Assembly: GCA_963722735.1 (NCBI GenBank)
Contig: CAVROH010000012.1
Span: 103,735-167,734, forward strand
Length of the DNA stretch: 64,000 nt
Direction: 5' to 3'
DNA from: an uncultured Chloroflexia bacterium
Lineage (GTDB): Bacteria; Chloroflexota; Anaerolineae; Anaerolineales; UBA11579
Below the pieces are notes generated by a model. That model worked only from the letters and a program-made list of their open reading frames with translations, made no database searches and was not told the DNA's origin. Positions 49,966 to 60,889 of the stretch are shown here, one piece after another. The translations under genes and the position numbers were made by a program. The number at the start of each line of letters is the position of its first letter. Positions within the stretch are counted from its first letter, which is position 1.

Positions 49966-51000
49966 ATGTTGAGAAAAATGAACAAACGCCTGGAGCTGGT
50001 ACTTCGGATAGCCCGCTATGGGCATCTGGGTAGACATCAGCCGAAACCGATGCAGCAGATCACTGCGGAGGAACTGGCGGAGATCAAGAGCTTCTTCCCG
50101 ATGGACAAATTCTTCGTCTTCGGGCATGCCCGGTCGGGGACCACGCTCCTCGCCCGCCTGATCCGGGTGCACCCGGAGATCCATTGTGACTATCAGGCAC
50201 ACTTCTTCAGCCGCCCGCCGCTGCTTAGCGGGGTCGCGGCTGACCCTGCTATCAGCGTCTGGTTTTCCCGGCCCAGCAACCGCTGGAACCGGGGTGAAAA
50301 TCTCTCTACGCCAGCTTTGAGGGCAATGGCCGATTTCATCCTGGAACGGGAGGCGCGGGTGGAAGGCGCCAGGATCGTGGGGGATAAAAGCCCGAATGTG
50401 CTCTTGAATGGTCAGGCGATCCATGAGATGAATATGTTCTACCCGGAAGCAAAGGTGGTCTATATTGTCCGTGATGGACGTGATGCACTGATCTCTCACC
50501 GCTTCCAGCATTTCATTGATGGTTACCGGCACTTACGCCATGAGGACCTGCGTATTCGGGATGCCTTTGCGGCTAACCCCGATCCATTCCTGTCCGGGGA
50601 GCGTTCGATCTTCAATGACAGAAGTATCCGCAAGATGGCATCCAGTTGGGCTGCGAATGTGACCGAGACTGATCGGGAGGGCAGGGCGATCTATGGAGAC
50701 CACTATTATGTCCTCAAATATGAAGATCTGCTCTCCCGTCCTTTTGAGACCATCTCCGGGGTGTGGCAGTTCCTGGGCGCTGATCCGACCGGGCTGGAAG
50801 CGCTGATCGATGAAGAAATGAATGTCAACCCGGATGCCGACTACCAGAATGTTGTTGCTTCTGAGCTGGTCAGGACGCTGGAGAAAGGGCACCGCGGTTC
50901 GTGGCGGGAGCTGTTCACCGAGCGTGATAAGCGGGTGTTCAAGGAGATTGCCGGCCAGGTATTGATCGATTGGGGCTATGAGCCGGATATGGAGTGGTAA
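49966..51000 (+). CDS. PAPS-dependent sulfotransferase (second copy, divergent)
   Basis: GHARSGTTLL and YIVRDGRDALIS motifs. 344 aa, intact. Confidence 0.8.
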   Translation: MLRKMNKRLELVLRIARYGHLGRHQPKPMQQITAEELAEIKSFFPMDKFFVFGHARSGTTLLARLIRVHPEIHCDYQAHFFSRPPLLSGVAADPAISVWFSRPSNRWNRGENLSTPALRAMADFILEREARVEGARIVGDKSPNVLLNGQAIHEMNMFYPEAKVVYIVRDGRDALISHRFQHFIDGYRHLRHEDLRIRDAFAANPDPFLSGERSIFNDRSIRKMASSWAANVTETDREGRAIYGDHYYVLKYEDLLSRPFETISGVWQFLGADPTGLEALIDEEMNVNPDADYQNVVASELVRTLEKGHRGSWRELFTERDKRVFKEIAGQVLIDWGYEPDMEW

Positions 51001-51003
51001 GCG

Positions 51004-52008
51004 ATGAGTGATCGCAAGTTGAAATTCATGATCGCGGGCCTGGGTTCGATTGGCAGGCGTCATCTGCGTCATTTGCAGGCACTGGGACAGGATGATCTGC
51101 TGCTGTTTCGCACGCTTCAGAGCACGCTCCCGGATGATGATTTGGCTGGTATCCCGGTGGAGACCGAGCTGCAAGCCGCCCTGGCGCACAAGCCGGATGC
51201 AGTGATCGTTTCCAACCCGACCGCGTTGCACCTGGATGTGGCCATCCCGGCTGCCGAGGCGGGCTGCCATATTTTGCTGGAGAAACCGGTTTCCCACTCG
51301 CTGGAGGGTCTCGATCGGCTTGAGAAGGCGGCTAAAAAGAGCGGTTCCCGCATCCTGGTGGGGTTCCAGTTCCGCTACCACCCTGGGCTGCGGCGCATCG
51401 CTGAGATCCTGCAAAGCAGCCAGGTTGGGCAGCCGATCTCCTTCCGTGCCCATTGGGGCGAGTATCTACCCGCCTGGCATCCCTGGGAGGATTACCGCAC
51501 CAGTTACAGCGCCCGGCAGGACCTGGGCGGGGGTGTGATCCTGACCCTGACCCATCCGCTGGATTATGTGCACTGGCTGTTGGGGCCGGTTTCGGAGCTA
51601 TGGTCTTTTGCCGGGCAGTACAGCGATCTGGACTTGGAAGTGGTCGATACCGCCGAGATCGGGCTGCGGTTTGCCTCAGGGGTAGTGGGCAGCGTGCATC
51701 TCAACTATTTCCAGCGCCCTCCCCGACATCAATTGGAGATCGTCTGCAGCGAAGGCACCATCCGTTGGGACAACGCCGGTTTGGCACTGGAAGCCTACCG
51801 CGCCGACCTGGCCCAGTGGGAGCAGCATCCACTGCCGGTCGGTTTTGATCGCGATGACCTCTTCAGCGCCCAGATGGCCCACTTCCTCAAAGTGGCTGCC
51901 GGCGAGGCGGAACCGGTTTGCAGCCTGCGCGATGGGATTATGGCGTTGGAGATTGCTCTGGCGGCTCACCGGTCTGCTGAAGACAAGAAAATGGTTAAGA
52001 TCGGTTGA
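51004..52008 (+). CDS. Gfo/Idh/MocA-family NAD(P)-dependent sugar oxidoreductase
   Basis: FMIAGLGSIGRRHL Rossmann start and the EKP motif (LLEKPVS). Confidence 0.85.
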   Translation: MSDRKLKFMIAGLGSIGRRHLRHLQALGQDDLLLFRTLQSTLPDDDLAGIPVETELQAALAHKPDAVIVSNPTALHLDVAIPAAEAGCHILLEKPVSHSLEGLDRLEKAAKKSGSRILVGFQFRYHPGLRRIAEILQSSQVGQPISFRAHWGEYLPAWHPWEDYRTSYSARQDLGGGVILTLTHPLDYVHWLLGPVSELWSFAGQYSDLDLEVVDTAEIGLRFASGVVGSVHLNYFQRPPRHQLEIVCSEGTIRWDNAGLALEAYRADLAQWEQHPLPVGFDRDDLFSAQMAHFLKVAAGEAEPVCSLRDGIMALEIALAAHRSAEDKKMVKIG

Positions 52009-52027
52009 AAGAGTTACGGAGATTTCC

Positions 52028-53152
52028 ATGAAAGTCCTGTATATTGCTGGCAAATATGATCCAAGAGACCACGATTCCGGAAGCGGGGTCGATTATATGA
52101 TTTACCAGTCGTTAAAACAGAAGGGAATTGATCTGACTCTGGCTGGGCCTTTTGACAAACCTTGGACTCTTATTGAAGAGCTATATTTTCTGGTGCACAC
52201 GATCATATCTTCAAAAGGCCCGGTCAAATATCCCCGCTCATACCTCAAGGATGCATCCCGGCAAGTGGATAGGGCGATTAGAGATGTGGACCCAGATGTC
52301 ATTTTTACCAAGCACGCAGCTTCTCTGTCCTATTGCCCGATAGAAAAACCATTGGTATACCTGATCGATTCCACATTGGTTGGCTATCGTTCTCAATGGG
52401 GGAATTTCACCGATTCAGCCTATAAGAGTATGCTGGCCTGGGAAACCCGTGTGGTTCAGGCCAGCCGCGAGGTTATTACCAATAGTGATTGGTCAGCCTC
52501 AATTTTGGCTGATGACTATCATGTAGATAAGAGCAGGATCACTGTATATGCAAATCCTTCATCTATTCCTCAAGATGTGGTCCCTGAAAATCTTGAGCTT
52601 GATACCAAGGATTTTGATCCAATTAAGTTGCTTCTGGTTGGACGAGCTTATCGCCGCAAAGGTATCGATATTGCCATAGAAACCGTACAGCAATTGAATG
52701 CCAGCGGGCACCCAGCCGAATTGAGAATTGTGGGTATGGATGGCGAAGATAAGCCCCATGTACGCTATATGGGGTATTACAAGAAAACGATTCGGGAAGA
52801 GTTGATAGGATATGTGGAGAACTATTCTTGGGCCAATTTCCTAATTCACCCGGCAAGATTTGAAGCCGCAGGAATTGTCCCTGGTGAAGCCGCTGCCTTT
52901 GGGGTGCCTACCATCACGAATAATGCTGGAGGTCTGGGGACGACAGTAAAAGATGGTGTCTCAGGAATCGTGCTGCCGATTGGCAGTTCTGCTGATTTGT
53001 ATGTCGAAGCCATTCTTCGTTTGGTCAATAATCCGGAAGATTACATAAAACTTTGTATATCTTCCCGAAATAGATACGAGAGCGAATTGAATTGGGACCA
53101 TGCAAGCGATGTGATTATTGATGCCCTGAAACGGGCTGCGAGGGTTAGTTAG
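52028..53152 (+). CDS. GT4 (GT-B) glycosyltransferase, low-GC
   Basis: Internal ATG 52028 (MKVLYIAGKYDPRDHDSGSG...). ...FEAAGIVPGEAAAFGVPTITNNAGG. Visibly AT-richer than its flanks. Confidence 0.8.
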   Translation: MKVLYIAGKYDPRDHDSGSGVDYMIYQSLKQKGIDLTLAGPFDKPWTLIEELYFLVHTIISSKGPVKYPRSYLKDASRQVDRAIRDVDPDVIFTKHAASLSYCPIEKPLVYLIDSTLVGYRSQWGNFTDSAYKSMLAWETRVVQASREVITNSDWSASILADDYHVDKSRITVYANPSSIPQDVVPENLELDTKDFDPIKLLLVGRAYRRKGIDIAIETVQQLNASGHPAELRIVGMDGEDKPHVRYMGYYKKTIREELIGYVENYSWANFLIHPARFEAAGIVPGEAAAFGVPTITNNAGGLGTTVKDGVSGIVLPIGSSADLYVEAILRLVNNPEDYIKLCISSRNRYESELNWDHASDVIIDALKRAARVS

Positions 53153-53240
53153 CGGTGAATGAGTCATTTAAACAAAATGTCACTTCGTGGTATCATGTGG
53201 GGCTGGGGTGGCCTAGCCACCCAGCTAAATCCATGAATAA

Positions 53241-55015
<1,775 letters not shown>

Positions 55016-55020
55016 TTTTT

Positions 55021-55064
55021 ATCCCGGGGCGAGCGATGGGTTTAGACCCCTGCTCGCCCCGGAT
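55021..55064. other. long GC-rich hairpin between the PAPS synthase and SDR genes
   Basis: ATCCCGGGGCGAGC ... GCTCGCCCCGGAT (one bulged C) around a 17-nt loop. No T-run follows. Confidence 0.4.
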
Positions 55065-55075
55065 AGGATTTAGCC

Positions 55076-55900
55076 ATGAATAAACTTCCAGAGATGTTCA
55101 GTCTGAAGGACCGCGCCGCGGTAGTCACTGGCGGGGCTGGCCTGCTGGGCAGGCAGTTTTGCCTCACTCTGGCAGAGGCCGGCGCATCTGTGGCGGTAGT
55201 GGATATCAATGCTGAGATGGCCGAGTTGGTTGCTGCCGAGATCAACGAATTGGGGGGGAAGGCGATCGCCATCCCGACCAATATCGCTGACCCGGATTCT
55301 GTCAACGCAATGACTGCTAAAACACTGAAATCCTTCGGCCGGTTGGATGTCCTGGTCAACAGCGCTGCCCTGGACCCGAAATTTGACCCGGACAGCATCG
55401 GTGAGCAGGGCGCCAATGCCTTTGAGACATTCCCGCTGGATGGCTGGCAGCAGGCTCTGGATGTCAACTTGACCGGGATGTTCCTGTGCTCGCAGGCAGC
55501 GGTTAAACCAATGCTGGAGCAGCGCAAGGGCGTGATCATCAACTTGTGTTCCACCTATGGCCTGGGCGGCCCGGACCAGCGTCTCTATCAGCGCAAAGGG
55601 CAGCCGCCGCAGTATAAGCCGGTCACCTACACCGTGACCAAGTCCGGCGTGATTGGGATGACCAAATATCTGGCCACCTATTACGGCACCCGCAATATCC
55701 GGGTGAATGCCCTGACCCCCGGCGGTATTTACAACAACCACGACCCGGAATTCACCATGGCGTATTCCTACCGCACCGCCATGGGGCGGATGGCAGAACA
55801 GGATGAGATGAACGGGGCTTTGCTGTTTCTGGCCTCGGATGCTTCCAGCTATATGACCGGCAATAACCTGATCGTGGATGGCGGCTGGACAGCCTGGTAG
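55076..55900 (+). CDS. SDR-family oxidoreductase
   Basis: VTGGAGLLG, NSAA and YTVTKSG (YxxxK). Confidence 0.85.
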   Translation: MNKLPEMFSLKDRAAVVTGGAGLLGRQFCLTLAEAGASVAVVDINAEMAELVAAEINELGGKAIAIPTNIADPDSVNAMTAKTLKSFGRLDVLVNSAALDPKFDPDSIGEQGANAFETFPLDGWQQALDVNLTGMFLCSQAAVKPMLEQRKGVIINLCSTYGLGGPDQRLYQRKGQPPQYKPVTYTVTKSGVIGMTKYLATYYGTRNIRVNALTPGGIYNNHDPEFTMAYSYRTAMGRMAEQDEMNGALLFLASDASSYMTGNNLIVDGGWTAW

Positions 55901-55917
55901 CGCATAACAAGGATTTT

Positions 55918-57168
55918 GTGATGGACGAGATCAGAGCAGGTGAGGTATTGGCCGTGATTCCGGCCCGGGGCGGCTCCAAGAGCATTCCTCGGAAAAATAT
56001 CCTGCCCTTTGCCGGTCATCCGCTGCTGGCCTACAGCATCGCGGCTGCCTTGCAGTCTGATCTGGTGACCCGTACGATCGTCTCTACTGATGATGAAGAG
56101 ATCGCCGCGGTGGCGCGGCAATATGGCGCCGAAGTGCCCTTCCTGCGTCCGGCCGAACATGCCCAGGATGCCACTCCGGACCTGCCGGTATTTGTGCATG
56201 CTGTTGAATGGTTCCGGGAAACGGAGGGATACTTGCCAGAGATGGTGGTCCAGCTGCGCCCAACCACACCGGTGCGTCCGCCCGGTTGTGTGGATGACGG
56301 GATCAAAGTATTACGCGCCCGTCCGGACGCCGATTCGTTGCGGGCGGTGGTGCCCTCAGGCCAGAATCCGCACAAGATGTGGCGGATCAATCGAAGATGG
56401 CGAGATGTCGCCGCTGCTGACTGTAGATGGAGATTGCCGAACCGTACAATGCTCCCCGCCAACACCTGCCGCCGACCTACTGGCAGACCGGCCACCTGGA
56501 TATCATCCGCCCGGCGACCTTGCTGGAGAAGAAATCGATGACCGGGGATGTGATCCTCTCATTGGTGCTGGACCCGCGCTACACGGTGGATATTGATACA
56601 TCCAAATGACTGGAACAAGGCTGAATGGCTGATCCGGCATGGCGGGCTGGATGTGGTTGTCCCCAAAAGCGCGGCTACGGCCTGCCCGAGAAACTGGACC
56701 TGATCGTCTTTGATTTTGACGGCGTATTCACCGATAACCGGGTCTGGGTGGACCAGAACGGGGTTGAACAGATCTGCCGCCAGTCGTGGTGATGGGATGG
56801 GCATTTCGCTGCTGAAGAAAGCCGGATTTGAAGCGATGGTATTCTCCACAGAAACCAACCCGGTGGTGGCTGCCCGCTGCAAGAAGATGAAATTGCCGGT
56901 CTACCAGGGCGTGGAAGCCAAAGGACAGGTGCTGCAAAATTTGCTGGAAGAAAAGGGTGTCCCCGGCGAGAATGTGATCTTTGTCGGTAATGATGTCAAT
57001 GACCTGCCGTGTTTCCCGCTGGTGGGCTGTGCTGTGGCGGTGGCTGATGCGCACCCGATGTGCCTGCCGCAAGCTGACCTGATGTTGAGTAAGCCCGGCG
57101 GTTTTGGCGCGGTGCGTGAATTGTGTGATCTGATCCTCAGCCATTATCCAGATAAGGAGAACTTAATT
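55918..57168 (+). pseudogene. acylneuraminate cytidylyltransferase (NeuA/CTP_transf_3) apparently fused to a HAD-IIIA (KdsC-like) sugar-phosphate phosphatase; 5 frame breaks
   Basis: VIPARGGSKSIPRKN... / EDGEMSPLLTVDG / EIAEPYNAPRQHLPPTYWQTGHLDII...DIDTS / NDWNKAEWLIRHGGLDVVVPK / KRGYGLPEKLDLIVFDFDGVFTDN / SRGDGMGISLLKKAGF...GNDVNDLP.... Successive frames are 1,2,0,1,0,1. After correction no stop separates the two domains. Confidence 0.7.
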
Positions 57169-58180
57169 ATGAAACGTGAAGTCAAGATTGGCGAATACCT
57201 TTGTTGGCGATGGTCATCCGACCTATATTGTTGGTGAGATCGGGATCAACCACAATGGCGATATGGAAATCGCCAAGCAGTTGATCGATGTCGCCAAATG
57301 GGCCGGCGTCAGATGCGGTCAAGTTCCAGAAGCGCACCCCCGAACTGTGCGTGCCTGAAGATCAGAAAGGCAAAATGCGGGAGACTCCCTGGGGCTATAT
57401 CTCCTATCTGGATTACCGCTACAAGGTTGAATTTGGCAAGGATGAGTACCAGGAAATTGATAACTATGCAAAGAAAAAGGGATGATGTGGTTTGCCTCTC
57501 CCTGGGATGAGAAATCGGTGGATTTTCTGGAAGACTTTTCGCCGGTGTGCTATAAAGTTGCTTCTGCATCCCTGACGGATGAGATCTTGCTGAAGCGGCT
57601 GAAGGAGACTGGCCGCCCGGCGATCCTTTCTACCGGGATGTCCACGGTGGAAGAGATCAAGAAAGCGGTATGCCCTTTTGGGTACAGATAATCTGGTGAT
57701 CACGCATACCACCAGCGCCTATCCCTGTGAACCGGACGAACTCAACCTGAAGATGATCCACACGCTTGAAGAGATGTTCCCCAGTGTGCCGGTGGGCTAC
57801 TCCGGACATGAGGTTGGTCTGGTGCCTTCGGCGGTGGCAGTGGCATTGGGCGCTTGCATGGTGGAGCGCCATATCACCCTGGACCGGGCATTATGGGGCA
57901 GTGATCAGGCTGCTTCTGTGGAACCCGGCGGGTTGAACAAGCTGGTGAAATATATTCGCACCACCGAGGCGGCATTGGGCACTGGCGAGAAAATGATCTA
58001 CGAAAGTGAGACTGTCTTCACTCTCCAAACTGCGCCGCAGCAATTGGCGTTCGCCACAAGGTAAATAAGAGGATTAGCCGGATGAACCGAGTTTGCCAAG
58101 ATGGCCCGAAGGGTGCAGCAGGAAATTTCCTCCTCCGCCGGGAAAAAAATGATCAATCTTGCCAGTGACGGGCTAGCTTG
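57169..58180 (+). pseudogene. second NeuB-family synthase, at least 5 frame breaks; 3' end approximate
   Basis: AAGGAG precedes ATG 57169. Pieces: VGDGHPTYIVGEIGINHNGDMEIAKQLIDVAKWAGV / AVKFQKRTPE... / MMWFASPWDEKSVDFL... / NLVITHTTSAYPCEPDELNL...GYSGHEVG...ERHITLD. The degraded SAF-like tail cannot be reconstructed cleanly. Confidence 0.7.
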
Positions 58181-58190
58181 ACCAGAGAGG

Positions 58191-59750
58191 TTGAGCAAGC
58201 TGCCAGTCCAGATCGCAGAAGATGCCGGCACGGTGGTGGTGTTCAATGCCAGTACCCGGCTGTCTAATTTCAGCCTGAATGCGGCTTATCTCACTGCTTT
58301 CATCCTGGGGGCTGCGCCTTTCCGGCTGGCGGGTGATCAATTTTGTCTGTCAGGGCGGGATGAGCCGCTGTCTGCAGGGCAGTTCAGAAAACCATCCATA
58401 CTGCAGCCTCCCTGCACGATCTGTGCATGGCATTACTCACATCATCTATATACTGGCGCCGAAGTAAGCGGCTTTGAGTATAAGCGTGATGAAGATTTGA
58501 GCGTTGTGCTGGATCGGGAAATCGGTTGCCGAAATGTCTGATCTGGTGTTTGAGGATCTGCCGTTGGGTGAGCTGGTGCTGCCCTCCATTCGCTGGCGGA
58601 TGCGCCGCCATCACCTGGAAGATGATCAGGCCACCTTGCTTTTGTTCCGGGAATTCATCCTCTCCGCCTACCACGTGGGGAAAGAGTTCAAGGCCTTGGC
58701 AGACCGGGAGCAGCCTGACCTGGTGCTGGTATTCAACGGGCAGATGTTCCCTGAGGCGATGGTCCGCTATTTGGCCCGCCAGCGGGGTATCAAGGTGATC
58801 TCCCATGAAACTGGCTACCAGCCGTTCACCGCTTTCATGACCACGGGAGATGCCACTGCCCGCAAAGTGTATCTCTCCGATGAAGAGCTCAATCTCTCAC
58901 TCCGGAAGAGAACAGAAGCTGGATATCTACCTGGAGAAACGCTTCCAGGGAGAGTTCAGCATGGCGGGGATCCAGTTCTGGCAGGAGATGAAAGATTTCC
59001 CGGTTGAGATCGAGCAGAAGCTGGAAGAATATCGACCAGATGGTGCCGATCTTTACCAATGTGATCTTTGATACCAGCCAGGCACATGCCAATAAGGCCT
59101 TTGCGCACATGTTCGACTGGCTGGATGCCACCCTGGAAGTGGTCAAAGCCACCCGGATACCTTGTTTGTACTGCGCGCTCATCCGGATGAACTGCGGCCA
59201 AATTCGATGAAGAAGTCCAAGGAAACAGTCCAGGCCTGGGTCGAGCGGCGCAGGGCAGCCGACCTGCCCAACCTGGTATTCATCCCGCCGCTCCAGTTTG
59301 TCAGCTCCTATGATCTGATCCAGCGGCCAAATTCGTGCTGGCCTATAATTCATCGATTGCGCTGGAATCTGTATTGCTGGGCGGTTGGCGCTGTGTGCCG
59401 GATGGGCCTGGTACGCGGAATATCCGACCGTGATCCTGCCTGCCACCCCGGAAGAATATTCTAAACAGCTCGGTGAACTGCTGGCGGCGGAGAGCGTAAT
59501 ACTGCCGGAAGAATTCCAACAGATGGCTCGCAGCCTGGTATACCATCAGAATTTCCGGGTCTCGATTCCATTTGACCGCCATCTGGAGCCGCATACGCTG
59601 CCCGGATTTGTGCGCATCAAAGAGTTTGAGGTCAGCGAATTGAATGACAGGGATGATCCCGCGATCAGGTCTCTCGTCGCCGGCATCCGAAATGATCTGC
59701 CGGTAATCAGGATTGAGGAGCAAGAAAATGGCAACAGAGGACAGACTTGA
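58191..59750 (+). pseudogene. paralog of the 40476..42062 Capsule_synth-like protein, about 8 frame changes
   Basis: Conserved segments appear successively in frames 0,1,0,1,2,0,2,1,0 (ORF-track pieces 58191, 58279, 58504, 58850, 59004, 59162, 59385). FVLRAHPDE...SYDLIQR..VLAYNSSIALESVLLG parallels FVLRIHPGE...TYDLVEIADLGLTYTTTVGMEMAMSG. Confidence 0.55.
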
Positions 59751-60630
59751 AATTCTCTCCAGTCCTTTGCTGGATGACAACCGGGAGCTGGTCAATGAGC
59801 TAAAACAGATCGTTGCCCAGATGCGGCTGGAATTTGGCTGGCATTATTTGCTCGATCTGGTTTGGATCATCAATAACCTGGATCTGGAGCGTCTGGAAGT
59901 GGCCCTGGATGCCGGCGCAGGCGAAGGCGTGCTGCAGTGGTATCTGGCCTCTAAAGGGGTCGATGTAATCAGCGTAGACCGGGACAGCCGGGCATTCCTG
60001 CCGCTGCATTATCGTAAGTTCTATCAGATCGAAGGGCTGAACCCAGGCGACCTGGCATCACCGGTAAGGACGCTGTTCCGCTTTGGCGGGCGGGTTGGCA
60101 GCTTCAGCCAGAAGCTGCGCGAATTTGGCCGCGATCTGGTTTTCTGGCTGCAAGGCACAAGTCATACAGCGAACAGCGGCAAAGTGATCTTCTATCACCA
60201 GGACCTGCGCACGCTGAAAAATATAGCCAGTAATACCGTCGATGTGGTAGTGGCGGTCTCTTCCCTGGAGCATAACGACCCGGACCAGCTGCCGGTGGTG
60301 GTGGCTGAACTGCTGCGCGTGCTTAAACCTGGCGGCAAGTTGGTGGCGACCCTCTCAACGACCGGCGATGCAGATTTGTACCATGAGCCTTCTTCCGGTT
60401 GGACGTATTGTGAGGACAGCATGCGCTCTTATTTCGGGCTGGAGGCTGATACCGTCTCGAACTACGACCAGTACCCGGAATTATTAGAAGGATTGAAAAA
60501 CTCTGCTGAACTGAAAGAAGGGCTGGCAAAATTCTACTTCCAGCGAGGCGAGGGCGGGATGCCGTGGGGCGTCTGGGACCCGCAGTATGTACCGATCGGA
60601 GTTTGCAAGGTAAAGCCGGTTGGAATTTAG
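59728..60630 (+). CDS. class I SAM-dependent methyltransferase
   Basis: GAGGAG precedes ATG 59728. Motif I LDAGAGEGVLQWYL. Post-II VVAVSSLEH...LKPGGKLV. Confidence 0.75.
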   Translation: MATEDRLEILSSPLLDDNRELVNELKQIVAQMRLEFGWHYLLDLVWIINNLDLERLEVALDAGAGEGVLQWYLASKGVDVISVDRDSRAFLPLHYRKFYQIEGLNPGDLASPVRTLFRFGGRVGSFSQKLREFGRDLVFWLQGTSHTANSGKVIFYHQDLRTLKNIASNTVDVVVAVSSLEHNDPDQLPVVVAELLRVLKPGGKLVATLSTTGDADLYHEPSSGWTYCEDSMRSYFGLEADTVSNYDQYPELLEGLKNSAELKEGLAKFYFQRGEGGMPWGVWDPQYVPIGVCKVKPVGI

Positions 60631-60643
60631 GAGGATGATGACC

Positions 60644-60889
60644 ATGGATACTCAAAATACTCTCGCAGAGAAAGTGCAGGCCGTATTGGCTGAGGCGCTG
60701 CGCGTGGAGGCAGGTCAGATCGGCCCGCAAACTGAATTCGGCGATCTGCCGCAGTGGGATTCGATGGGACACATGGAAGTGATGGTTGCCCTGGAGAAAG
60801 CCTTTGGCGTGGAGATCACCGCGGAAACGATCACGGAGCTGGTCACCGTGCCAGCGATCTGCGCCCACATCGAGGCCAGCGATGAGTGA
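60644..60889 (+). CDS. acyl/peptidyl carrier protein
   Basis: AGGAGG (60629-60634) is followed by three ATGs; 60644 has the best spacing. The phosphopantetheine-attachment context is LPQWDSMGHMEVMVALE. Confidence 0.8.
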   Translation: MDTQNTLAEKVQAVLAEALRVEAGQIGPQTEFGDLPQWDSMGHMEVMVALEKAFGVEITAETITELVTVPAICAHIEASDE

